NCBI GenBank assembly: GCA_964248365.1
Contig: CAXTYC010000004.1
Span: forward strand, 1 to 64,000
Direction: 5' to 3'
Source of the DNA: an uncultured Chroococcidiopsis sp.
Lineage (GTDB): Bacteria; Cyanobacteriota; Cyanobacteriia; Cyanobacteriales; Chroococcidiopsidaceae
Length of the DNA stretch: 64,000 bases
Shown: positions 9,099 through 18,453 of the stretch, in pieces
Layout of the letters: every line of letters begins with the position of its first letter
Position numbering within the stretch: the first letter of the stretch is position 1
The notes under the pieces: model-generated
Databases searched by the model: none
The model's input: the letters and a program-made list of their open reading frames with translations, nothing else
Told to the model about the DNA's origin: nothing
Program-made: the position numbers and the translations under genes

Positions 9099-11105
9099 TC
9101 AAATTTTCAATACGCCCTCTGGATTAACAATAGACAGCGATCGCCTCTGCAACCCCTCCCGATGCAAAATCTCATTCGCCGCTAGCAACCCACTACTAAC
9201 CGCCCTTTCCATCAAACCACTAGGAAACGGCATCTTTACCCAATCTCCAGCAAATAACAAATTAGGAATATCTGTACTAGTTTCGGGACGATCTGCATAA
9301 CTATTAGGAGGATAACCAGAAAAATTCTTTTGATTGACTAGTTCGCGGTGTAGTATATTAGCTTGCTCTAACTGTGGCACAATTTGGTATAGCTCTTGTT
9401 CAAAAGTAGTTAGCAAGGCTTGCTGGTTAGGAAATTCCTTTTCTTTGTAGCAGTAGGCGTGTAACTCCACTACACTACCACCAGTTCTTTTTGCCCAATC
9501 AATGTACTCGTCTTGTATTCGGTGATATAGCGTAATACTGTCAGTTAACTGGTAGCCGGATAGCGAAGTGAAATAGCTGTGTTCCCAGTCAAAATCCCTG
9601 TCAAACCAAAAGCGACAGACAGCAAAAGGATCGGCTACAGCCAATTTTTCTACCTGCGATCCCACAAGCTGATCCACCTCACCTGCAATTCGACTAAATA
9701 GCTGCTGTACCCCAGGTACATCAGTAGCAAACACATAGTAATCTGCTTGGAGAGCGGGTTTTTCTGTCGCTGCGGGTTTTTCCAGGTTGACTGTCCCATC
9801 AGTATATCTATTTAACCTGCCCTTACGACTCGCCATCGCCACCAGCTGCAACTTATCTTCCTGACGTTGCACCACTTGCAAGCGTGGTAGATCCCTAGTT
9901 GCAGGTCCTTTTAACACCTTTCCTTGGCGATCAAATACCGATCCATGACAAGGACAGTGAAACTTGTCATCCTCTGCTAACTGTACCGTACAACCTTGGT
10001 GAGTACAAGCAAGTGAAATTGCTTCCCCTGTTTCAGGGTTAGCAGCAAAAACTTGATCCCCAGCGCCATAATATTTTAAAGCTTTCTTGCTCCCCTGCCC
10101 CTCTGCCTCCCTGTCATTACGCTCAACCCAAAACGGTACATTATCCCCCTCTCCTTGCTGATAACTCAGAGAATCAATTTTTCCTGATTGAACAGAAATC
10201 TTACTAACATTTACACCAGTAATAATTTTCCCACCCTGACGTTCAATGAAGTTAGCAATCGGTTGTACCAGACTTGTACCCATATCCTGGCGAGTACCAT
10301 TAAAAGCTAATCCTTCTGGGTTGCCAAAAAAGTAGAAGTGGAAAAACTGCATCAGTTCGCCCACACTCATCAAATCTGGTGCATTCAAGCTAGATTTGGC
10401 GAAGGGCAGAAAATACAAGTCATATAATCCTTGAGGAAAATCGTGCTTTACCCAGTCGGCTACCGATAAGTGATCCAGACGCTGGAAACTCTTTTGGGTT
10501 TGAAATCCAGTAATTGCCCCGAAAACTTGCCAATGTTGCCATTTAGTTAGATTAATCCCCCAACGTAGTCGATTGGGAGATGCGATCGCCAAATCAACAA
10601 TATTCCAGGGAAAAGCAGAATGACTGGGGCGGAATACTTCTGGCTGGTATTTGCCATTCCGATAGAGAACCGAGTAGGAATTCAAAGACTGAAAATTGTC
10701 ACTTACACCCAGTTCTGCAACTATGCTCTTGAGGTTGTAGTACTGGGGAAAGAAGCCATGAAAACCATGCTCCATCATAAAAGTTTCTTCCCCCACCTGA
10801 ATAGACCAACTGGCGATTTTGCCACCTAGTTGGGGCGACTTCTCCAACAATGTAACCTCAAACCCCCGCCTACTCAGTTCATAAGCACAAGCTAACCCAG
10901 CCAACCCAGCACCAACTACAACAACGCTTTTAGGTTGATTCAGATATCGCGGCAAATCTAAATTATCTGGCTGAAACACAGTTGGCTGTGGCTTAGAAAA
11001 CCGAGAGTATCCAACTACTCCACCCACAGCACCAACACTAAATAACTTTAAGAGGCTGCGCCGAGAAATTGGCGATGTTTGCGTGTACCTTGATAACGTA
11101 TTCAA
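9099..11105 (-). CDS. cruE: FAD-dependent carotenoid desaturase with internal Rieske domain, CrtU/CruE-like
   Basis: GAGLAG FAD motif, MEHGFHGFFPQY, internal CTHQGC...CPCHGS Rieske, C-terminal FAGDWV..MERAV; twin-arginine-like SRRSLLK at the N-terminus. Confidence 0.75.
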   Translation of the reverse strand: MNTLSRYTQTSPISRRSLLKLFSVGAVGGVVGYSRFSKPQPTVFQPDNLDLPRYLNQPKSVVVVGAGLAGLACAYELSRRGFEVTLLEKSPQLGGKIASWSIQVGEETFMMEHGFHGFFPQYYNLKSIVAELGVSDNFQSLNSYSVLYRNGKYQPEVFRPSHSAFPWNIVDLAIASPNRLRWGINLTKWQHWQVFGAITGFQTQKSFQRLDHLSVADWVKHDFPQGLYDLYFLPFAKSSLNAPDLMSVGELMQFFHFYFFGNPEGLAFNGTRQDMGTSLVQPIANFIERQGGKIITGVNVSKISVQSGKIDSLSYQQGEGDNVPFWVERNDREAEGQGSKKALKYYGAGDQVFAANPETGEAISLACTHQGCTVQLAEDDKFHCPCHGSVFDRQGKVLKGPATRDLPRLQVVQRQEDKLQLVAMASRKGRLNRYTDGTVNLEKPAATEKPALQADYYVFATDVPGVQQLFSRIAGEVDQLVGSQVEKLAVADPFAVCRFWFDRDFDWEHSYFTSLSGYQLTDSITLYHRIQDEYIDWAKRTGGSVVELHAYCYKEKEFPNQQALLTTFEQELYQIVPQLEQANILHRELVNQKNFSGYPPNSYADRPETSTDIPNLLFAGDWVKMPFPSGLMERAVSSGLLAANEILHREGLQRRSLSIVNPEGVLKI

Positions 11106-11128
11106 ATTAACTCCTCACTCCTATCACG

Positions 11129-11902
11129 ATGAAATATTGGCGGGAAACACTGGCTGTAGCTCAACGTATTTTAATCGAACTATTGCGGCGGCGACGCAGC
11201 TTGGTTTTTTGGTCTATTTTTCCCGTTTCTGTACTATTACTTAACGGATTTATTTTTGCAGAAAGAGCACATCTGTCAATGGCTCAAGCGTTTGAATATG
11301 CTGCACCTTCAACTTTAGTCGGGGCGGCGCTCTTTTTTAGCTGTCTAGGAGGTAGTGTCGCTACTGTAGTAGCAGAACGAGAACAGCAGACGCTCAAACG
11401 CCTTTTTATCTCTCCTCTAAGTGGTACATCCTATTTCTTAGGAATTTTTTTAGCTCACAGTTGCATCGGTATTGGTCAAACGATTTTAATTTATACCGTT
11501 GCCGCCTTTTGGCAAGCTCATTTCAATGGTTCTGTAATTCTAGGAGGTGTAATTATTTTATTAAGTATTGCTTCTTACGTAGGATTAGGCTTTATTCTTG
11601 GTACTCAATTAGCTCGTCGCACTGAGGATGTAAATGCTTTGGTAGCAGCTTTCGGGGTTCCTTTATTAATTTTAGGTGGCGCTTTTATACCTTCGTCTTT
11701 GTTTCCCAAAAATTTGCAAGAAATTGCTAAATTTAATCCAATCTTTCATATGACAGAGGCACTCATAGGAGTATCTCTAGCAGGCAAAGAATTATCAGAA
11801 ATTGCTAACCACTTTTGGTTTTTATTAGGATTTGCAGTATTGATGGTAGCTGGTGGATGGCTATCTTATCAACGGATGTTGATGGTAGAAAGGAGATTGT
11901 AG
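11129..11902 (+). CDS. ABC-2 type transporter permease
   Basis: Multiple TM segments, EREQQTLKRL motif, FNPIFH. Confidence 0.85.
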   Translation: MKYWRETLAVAQRILIELLRRRRSLVFWSIFPVSVLLLNGFIFAERAHLSMAQAFEYAAPSTLVGAALFFSCLGGSVATVVAEREQQTLKRLFISPLSGTSYFLGIFLAHSCIGIGQTILIYTVAAFWQAHFNGSVILGGVIILLSIASYVGLGFILGTQLARRTEDVNALVAAFGVPLLILGGAFIPSSLFPKNLQEIAKFNPIFHMTEALIGVSLAGKELSEIANHFWFLLGFAVLMVAGGWLSYQRMLMVERRL

Positions 11903-12078
11903 AGAAGTGATAAGCTGATGTACATTTAATTTTTAGTGATGATAGGTTCACAACGCAAGAGGCAAGAGGCTCGATGCTTAATGTAATTTTTATATGCAAT
12001 AGCTTATATTGCGTCTGTACAGATATGTCACATCTACACAGTCAAGGGTGTATAGGAGGTTATAAATTCGGTATAAAT

Positions 12079-12690
12079 TCAATTCTTAGCCGGAATTCTG
12101 AAGGTAATTGACCTCACCAAATTGTTCTCCTTATATACAATGGTGAACTGTCCATAATGAATGTCCATTCCTGTTGTCAACACCACACTATCGGTTCCTG
12201 TAATCGTACAGCTTGGAAAGCCACTAATTCGACTGTTTGTTAGGACTGATTTCTTTGACTTAAGCCGTTGTAACAAGATACAGCTATTTGACTCAAAAGC
12301 AACGCCTATCGTAGGATGATCGTACCAGTTGTAGAAATTAAAAATATCAGGCAAATAAGGGACAGGAGCAAGCGAAGCTAAATTGTTAAGAATGTCTGAA
12401 ACAAAACTCTTATCTCTAGTTGTGTGTAGCAGTTTCACGGTATTGCCACTAATTTCTATCCGAATCCACTCATTACGTTCACCAGAAGTTTTAAGTCTTA
12501 GTTTAATGACTTGAGTTTGAACTGTTAATTTGTCTATTAGACAGCGGGAATTCAAGGGAAATTTTTGACAAAAAGTATTTAAATCAACTTTTCGAGCATG
12601 AACTTTCTGAAGTAACATCCCATTGACAAACACAATAGCTGTCGTAATTAGTGCCAGCCTAACCAGCTTCTTAGCAAAAAGAATTGTCAT
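12079..12690 (-). CDS. Hypothetical secreted protein
   Basis: 203-aa ORF with signal-peptide-like N-terminus and FCQKFPLNSRC motif; AT-rich. Confidence 0.6.
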   Translation of the reverse strand: MTILFAKKLVRLALITTAIVFVNGMLLQKVHARKVDLNTFCQKFPLNSRCLIDKLTVQTQVIKLRLKTSGERNEWIRIEISGNTVKLLHTTRDKSFVSDILNNLASLAPVPYLPDIFNFYNWYDHPTIGVAFESNSCILLQRLKSKKSVLTNSRISGFPSCTITGTDSVVLTTGMDIHYGQFTIVYKENNLVRSITFRIPAKN

Positions 12691-12768
12691 TTGAATAGAG
12701 GGTATGGTCGAAGAGATGATGGAGATTCTGTTGCATGGTATCCAACTACGTTGATCTCTTAGCTAGGC

Positions 12769-13713
12769 ATGGTAGATCATAATCATTGTGCCATTCCAAA
12801 AGGGGAGCAAAAAGTAGTGCTACGAATCGAGAATTTAAGTAAATCTTACGGCAAGCGGCAAGTTCTACAGAATTTAAACCTCTACATTCCATCAGGAGAA
12901 ATTTATGGATTATTAGGAGCAAATGGAGCCGGAAAAACTACAACTATTAATATTATCTGTAATTTGCTTCAAGCTGATAGTGGAGCGATCGCCATCAACA
13001 ATCAACCAGTCTCCCAAGCAACAAAATCACTAATTGGCATCGCACCTCAAGAGAATTTACTTTATAAAACTCTAACCTGTGAAGAAAACCTCAACTTCTT
13101 TGCAAAAATTTACGGCTTACCAGCAAAAATCCGACAACAACAAATACAATTGTGTCTTGCTGCTGTCAACTTAACAGATCGGGCAAAAACTCCCATAGAA
13201 AAACTCAGTGGAGGAATGCAGCGACGAATGAATATTGCGATCGCTCTTGTTCACCAACCTTCATTAGTTATACTAGATGAACCAACAACAGGCTTAGATA
13301 TTGAGTCGCGTTACGAAATTTGGGAATTAATTCGCACTCTCAAAAATCAAGGGATCACAGTTCTACTCACAACTCACATACTAGAAGAAGCAGAACGCCT
13401 TTGCCAAAGAATTGGCATTCTTAAACATGGACGTATAGTAGCACAAGGCAGTTTAACCGATTTAAGACAACTTATAAGCGCAGTGGAAATTGTAGTAGTA
13501 CAGACGCAGGAAGAAGAAAGAGCGATCGCACGAGCGCAAGAATACGGTTTCACCCATCGACACTATGGCAGCGATCTTGCCTTTTGGCTACCACAACCCT
13601 TAGAACTAAAAGAAATTTTATCACACTTTGACGGCATACCCCTAGATTCAATTTCTCGCCAACCAGTACGCCTAGAACATATATATGTAGAAGTAACCCA
13701 ACAAAATAAGTAA
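12769..13713 (+). CDS. ABC transporter ATP-binding protein
   Basis: Walker A GANGAGKT, signature LSGGM, Walker B ILDEP; probable start GTG 12817. Confidence 0.92.
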   Translation: MVDHNHCAIPKGEQKVVLRIENLSKSYGKRQVLQNLNLYIPSGEIYGLLGANGAGKTTTINIICNLLQADSGAIAINNQPVSQATKSLIGIAPQENLLYKTLTCEENLNFFAKIYGLPAKIRQQQIQLCLAAVNLTDRAKTPIEKLSGGMQRRMNIAIALVHQPSLVILDEPTTGLDIESRYEIWELIRTLKNQGITVLLTTHILEEAERLCQRIGILKHGRIVAQGSLTDLRQLISAVEIVVVQTQEEERAIARAQEYGFTHRHYGSDLAFWLPQPLELKEILSHFDGIPLDSISRQPVRLEHIYVEVTQQNK

Positions 13714-13775
13714 TTTTAATTGAGTTTGAACACTTTAAGAGATTGCAGTTGAGCTTTTAACACTGTTATTTAATT

Positions 13776-14381
13776 ATGCGTAAAATATTTAATTTTATAA
13801 GGGAAATAAAGAAAAGCAAATTTGGGATTTCTATCGTTCTCCTGCTCATTTTTATTATAGGCTGCATTAACTCTTTTGTGGGAATAGTTGTTTTCTCAAA
13901 CGAGTTACTGAATTTGGTGTCTTTACTGTGCATTCTAGCAATACCATTGATGCTCATCATCAATGGGTTTCGATTCCCAAACCTTGGGATGAAAATTTGC
14001 AACTTTCTATTTTTTGCTATTCTTGCTTGTCTTTCAATCTTGATTGCATTCTTATCGCTGCTTAGCTATAGATATTCTCCATTTCATGAGTATAATCGCA
14101 CTCAGGAAATAGAAATGAAAAACTATAGTTTTAGTATTTATAAAGTTAATAGCCTTAGTTTTCGTAATAATGGTTATGGACGTACAGCTAGACAAGAAAA
14201 AGCAATTTTACCTGGAATGTTGATAAAATAATTTAGTGCAGGCGAAGCAAATTATAGTGGGGAAAGTTATAGAATTGCAGGAGAAGATGAGATAATTGTG
14301 AGCTACAAACATCGTCATATTATTCGTCCTTATATGACTACAACAATCAAGTATAAACTTAAAAAAATTGTTTACTTTTGA
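13776..14381 (+). pseudogene. AT-rich membrane protein gene with in-frame TAA at 14229-14231
   Basis: The same frame stays open for 49 codons after the TAA, ending ...YKLKKIVYF-TGA at 14381. Confidence 0.6.
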
Positions 14382-14392
14382 AACAGAAGTAA

Positions 14393-15775
14393 CTATTTTC
14401 CAATACAAAAGCGACTAAAAATCCGATCCAGCACTGATTCTGTCACCTCTTCACCAGTAATTTCTCCCAATGCTTGAATACAAGAGCGTAAATCAATCGT
14501 CCAAAAATCCAGCGGCAGAAGTTGATCGATAGTCGCTTGCACCTGTTCGAGGGATGTTTGAGCTAGTGTCAACGCGGCGGCTTGCCTTTGGTTAATCGCC
14601 AAATCCATATCAGCCGAATACACCGAACCTGCTTGCACCTTTTCCAGAATGGCTTGCTCTAAAGCCTCAATGCCTTTGTTATGAGCAGCTGCTGTACTTA
14701 CAACCGAACTAATTTCATCTGGGTATTTTACCGCCTGTGCTGTTTCTAAGTCAATTTTATTAATGACTAAAATCAAAGGACGGTGTTGCACTTGTGTGTA
14801 AATTTCCCCATCTGCCGCCGTCCAACCCGTTGAAGCGTCTATAGTCAGCAGCACTAAATCAGCCGCCCCAGCGCTACGAAGCGATCGCTCAACCCCTATC
14901 TTCTCCACTCGATCATCTGTTGCTCGAATTCCCGCTGTATCCAACACCTGGATAGGAATTCCCCCAACCACTAGCTGAGATTCCACTACATCGCGGGTAG
15001 TACCAGGTAAGTCTGTGACAATCGCGCGATCGCTTCGACTCCAGGCATTCAATAAACTTGATTTCCCTACATTTGGTCGCCCTACTATCGCCACTTTCAA
15101 CCCAGTGCGGAGCAATTCCCCTCGATCAGCTGTAGAGATAATCTTTTTGACTTGGGCTAGAATTTGCTCAATTTCTGCTTTAATAAGATTATCATCCAGC
15201 GGGGGCAGATCGTCCTCAAAATCGATTCTTGCTTCAATTTCAGCCAGGATATCTAAACATCTGATTCGTAACTGTCGAATCGGATGAGCTAATTTTCCCT
15301 GCAATCCAGCTAGTGCGGTTTGTGCAGCTTGAGGTGATCGCGCTCCCACCAAATCAGCAATACTTTCTGCTTGCGTCAAATCCAGGCGCCCATTCAAAAA
15401 CGCCCGCAGGGTAAATTCTCCAGGCTGTGCCAGTCTTGCCCCTTGTGACAAACACAGTTGCAACACCTGCTGCACTGCCATAATTCCCCCATGACAATGA
15501 AATTCCACCACATCTTCACGAGTGTAGGAACGGGGAGCTTTCATAATTAGTAATAGTGCTTCGTCTACAAGCTGTTTTGTCTGGGGATGGCGGATATAGC
15601 CATAGAGTATGCGGTGAGTGTCCCAAACTTGACGACCAGGAGCATGAAAAAGGCTGTTTGCGATCGCCAGTGCGTCTGATCCTGATAAGCGCACAATGCC
15701 CACACTACCCTGTTGTGGTACAACAGCAGTAGCGATCGCGGCGATAGTTCCACTTGTAACAAATGTCTCGGACAT
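14393..15775 (-). CDS. mnmE: tRNA modification GTPase MnmE
   Basis: [31 protein letters not shown]-terminal FCIGK. Confidence 0.97.
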   Translation of the reverse strand: MSETFVTSGTIAAIATAVVPQQGSVGIVRLSGSDALAIANSLFHAPGRQVWDTHRILYGYIRHPQTKQLVDEALLLIMKAPRSYTREDVVEFHCHGGIMAVQQVLQLCLSQGARLAQPGEFTLRAFLNGRLDLTQAESIADLVGARSPQAAQTALAGLQGKLAHPIRQLRIRCLDILAEIEARIDFEDDLPPLDDNLIKAEIEQILAQVKKIISTADRGELLRTGLKVAIVGRPNVGKSSLLNAWSRSDRAIVTDLPGTTRDVVESQLVVGGIPIQVLDTAGIRATDDRVEKIGVERSLRSAGAADLVLLTIDASTGWTAADGEIYTQVQHRPLILVINKIDLETAQAVKYPDEISSVVSTAAAHNKGIEALEQAILEKVQAGSVYSADMDLAINQRQAAALTLAQTSLEQVQATIDQLLPLDFWTIDLRSCIQALGEITGEEVTESVLDRIFSRFCIGK

Positions 15776-15856
15776 CTAAAATTTTCAATACATTCAATAC
15801 ATATATATTGGCTAGGGTAGCAAGCTCAAGTTAAGAGTGTGGCGGCAGATCAAACT

Positions 15857-16030
15857 AACTTAGATCTTGCACCTACTTTTTCGTCCGCCTAGAAATAAAT
15901 TTCTAGGCTCAAAGCTCAACTAAGGTAAAGCTTACTGGATACATATTTGAGTGGGTTAAAACCCACTTGGGCTATAAGCCTTGAACTTCAGTTCAAGGCG
16001 TACGAGAGGGCGAGGTGCAAGATTTGAGCT
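15857..16030. repeat. MITE/REP-like palindromic element, copy 1
   Basis: Imperfect 18-bp terminal inverted repeats AACTTAGATCTTGCACCT / AGGTGCAAGATTTGAGCT; internal hairpins GCCTAGAAAT-AA-ATTTCTAGGC and GCCTTGAACT..AGTTCAAGGC; related copy near 46030. Confidence 0.7.
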
Positions 16031-16097
16031 AAGCTAACTTTGTTGATGGACTAAATTAATTACATGATTAAAACAGCATTTTAGTTAACTTAGTAGT

Positions 16098-16700
16098 ATG
16101 TCCTTTATCAAGACTAAACTCTTACGTCCAATTACCAGTCCTGAGCAGATTGACAAAATTGATGAAAGTTTAAGTTGGGCTGTCCGTTGCCAGATGAAAC
16201 CGAGATGGTCTGAAGAAATAACACTTTTTAAGCTAGCACAATGGGTTGCTGTCCCTGCCATAAGCGAAAGTCTTATCACTCCTATGGTTCAAGAGCGATT
16301 ACAACGAACCTTTCTGGCGCGCGGATATCGCAAGTTGTGGGCTGTTCTGTTACACCATACGTATCTTTCCGCTTATACACTACCCGTAACACTTGAAGCT
16401 CTTGAGGAGTTTCGTCAAAAGATGGGATTGTTCAGCTGTGCTCTCTTCGCTGGAGAGCCAGAGCCTGACTGGGTGCTCATCTCGATAGAGTCCGAACTTG
16501 ATGTCATTGCAGGTCCAGCTAACTTTATCCGTCAATTTCTCGACTGTGAGATAGAGGAAGCTTTCTCTATCTTCCAGAACTTCGTTATGCATGAACCAAT
16601 GCCAAAGCAGTTGAGGCAATATTTACACCTTGTCCACGACCGTCTCAAAGGTAACTATCAGAGCGCCTCAGTCGGTGCCGAATTTCCTCTAACTCCATAG
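16098..16700 (+). CDS. Hypothetical protein
   Basis: 200-aa ORF filling the intergenic space; no motif recognised. Confidence 0.6.
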   Translation: MSFIKTKLLRPITSPEQIDKIDESLSWAVRCQMKPRWSEEITLFKLAQWVAVPAISESLITPMVQERLQRTFLARGYRKLWAVLLHHTYLSAYTLPVTLEALEEFRQKMGLFSCALFAGEPEPDWVLISIESELDVIAGPANFIRQFLDCEIEEAFSIFQNFVMHEPMPKQLRQYLHLVHDRLKGNYQSASVGAEFPLTP

Positions 16701-16996
16701 GGTGTGAGTAGATGGAATTAGAACAAGATCTGTGTAAAATTGTGCTTAGTTTGCAAATAAAATAAATCTGGTGCGTTACGGCGTATTTATCTAGAGAAAA
16801 TATAGTATAGCAGTGAGTAGATAGATGAGGACAAGTCAATTTACTGTTAAGTCAATTGTTGCCTCGCATCTATACCTACTTTACCTACTTTCTCTCTTAC
16901 GAAGTTCCGATCGGAGGAAACCACATCTCGTACGAGCGCGCTACTCCCTACTCCCCACTCCCTGCTATAAATGCAGCGCCTAACGTACCAAAGCTA

Positions 16997-17485
16997 CTAA
17001 TTCCTCCCTAAACCGCGAGCTGGTGTGACTATGCCAGAAGGCAGAGTTGTCAGCCAGAATCTTGCGCCCCTCGTATTTACCAAATCCATATTAGCTCCCC
17101 GCAAATTAGTGCCTTCTAGGTTAGCAGCCATTAGACCAGCACCGCTTAAATTAACATTTACCATAGTGGCAGATTTCAGATTCACACCGACTAATGTAGC
17201 GTCAATTAAGTTAGCACCGGATAAATCAGCAGCTTCAAGATTTGCACTACCCAAATCAGCACCCACTAGCTTCGCTTGAGACAGGTTAGCGCGACTGAGG
17301 TTTGCCGAGCGCAAGTTTGCACTAGTCAAATCGAGGTTATTTAAAGGCGCACTTCTCAAATCACACCTGGGACAAGAATTTGTCCTTTTTAACTGTTCTA
17401 AGTCTTGAGGACTGTAAGCTTTAGCCGGAGCCATTAAGTACACAGGAGCTAATAGAACTAAAATAGCGAGAATCGGAGTTTTCAT
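16997..17485 (-). CDS. Pentapeptide-repeat protein with signal peptide
   Basis: Signal peptide, CPRCDL, tandem A(N/D)LxxA(N/D)L repeats. Confidence 0.92.
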   Translation of the reverse strand: MKTPILAILVLLAPVYLMAPAKAYSPQDLEQLKRTNSCPRCDLRSAPLNNLDLTSANLRSANLSRANLSQAKLVGADLGSANLEAADLSGANLIDATLVGVNLKSATMVNVNLSGAGLMAANLEGTNLRGANMDLVNTRGARFWLTTLPSGIVTPARGLGRN

Positions 17486-17778
17486 TGTTTAGATAACTTA
17501 CTAATACTCATTGGGTTTGTACATGATGGACTCAGGCATAAAGAATTAGCGCTCCTTCCTTATTGAGCGCATTAAATCGCTTGATTTAACTGGCATTGCT
17601 ATAGCAATCCCATTTGAGTCATGGAATACTGTGGCTCGTCATTTGTCATTGGGCAATAGTCATTTGTTAAGAACAAAGGACAATGGACAATGGACAAATA
17701 ACAAAAAGCTAACAGCTAATAGCTAACAGCTAATAGCTTTTAATTAAGACTTAAAAACTCGCTGTTTTGTTTCTGCTG

Positions 17779-18360
17779 CTAACCGTAATAGCTTGGCGCA
17801 TTCCCAGGTTTCCATTTAATGTTGCACCCGACGCTTGGCTGCTGCTGGGGGTTAACACTTTGACCTGCTAGCAGAGCATCAATAGCCGCGCGTAAATCTG
17901 CACCCGTGACAGGCTTGCCGTTGCTGGGTCGGCTGTCATCTAGCTGTCCTCGATAGACTAGCTGCCGTTGGGCATCAAACAAAAAAAAGTCTGGTGTGCA
18001 AGCAGCCGTATAAGCCTTGGCTGTCTCCTGGCTTTCGTCGTAACAAATAGGAAATGGCAAATCTAGTTCTTGCGCCATTGCTTTGAGTTGCTCTGGCGCA
18101 TCATCTGGGTAGTTGTTCGCATCATTGGCACTAATACCGACAATGCCCACGTTACGGTTAATATAATCTTTGCCCAACCGCGCCATTTCGTCTTTGATAT
18201 GCTTGACAAACGGGCAATGCCGACAAATAAACATCACCAGCAGCGCCTGTTTACCTGCAAAAGTAGATAGGGAGATTGTGTTGCCAGATACTACATCCCC
18301 CAGATGGAAATCAGGGGCGTTAGTACCCAAAGGCAACATGGTGGAAGCGGTTAAAGCCAT
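17779..18360 (-). CDS. Thioredoxin-family (AhpC/TSA redoxin) protein
   Basis: FICRHCPFV, AACTPDFF, YRGQLDDSRP, GCNIKWK. Confidence 0.92.
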   Translation of the reverse strand: MALTASTMLPLGTNAPDFHLGDVVSGNTISLSTFAGKQALLVMFICRHCPFVKHIKDEMARLGKDYINRNVGIVGISANDANNYPDDAPEQLKAMAQELDLPFPICYDESQETAKAYTAACTPDFFLFDAQRQLVYRGQLDDSRPSNGKPVTGADLRAAIDALLAGQSVNPQQQPSVGCNIKWKPGNAPSYYG

Positions 18361-18453
18361 AGGAGTAATTAATACGTTTAATCAGAAAATAGATCTAGGA
18401 CAGCAGATTCTAAAGATAGCACTAACTTATACACATAAGTCTTACTTACAGTT

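Noticed and set aside
14229..14231. Stop-codon reassignment or programmed read-through for the two in-frame TAA cases
   Set aside because: TAA terminates many conserved genes here (chlB, surE, frr); nonsense mutation or sequencing error is simpler
17025..17279. Antisense ORFs inside real genes (also 1153, 15015, 36675, 37377, 46335, 47016, 50366, 54311, 61161 and others)
   Set aside because: Shadow frames of well-supported genes on the opposite strand
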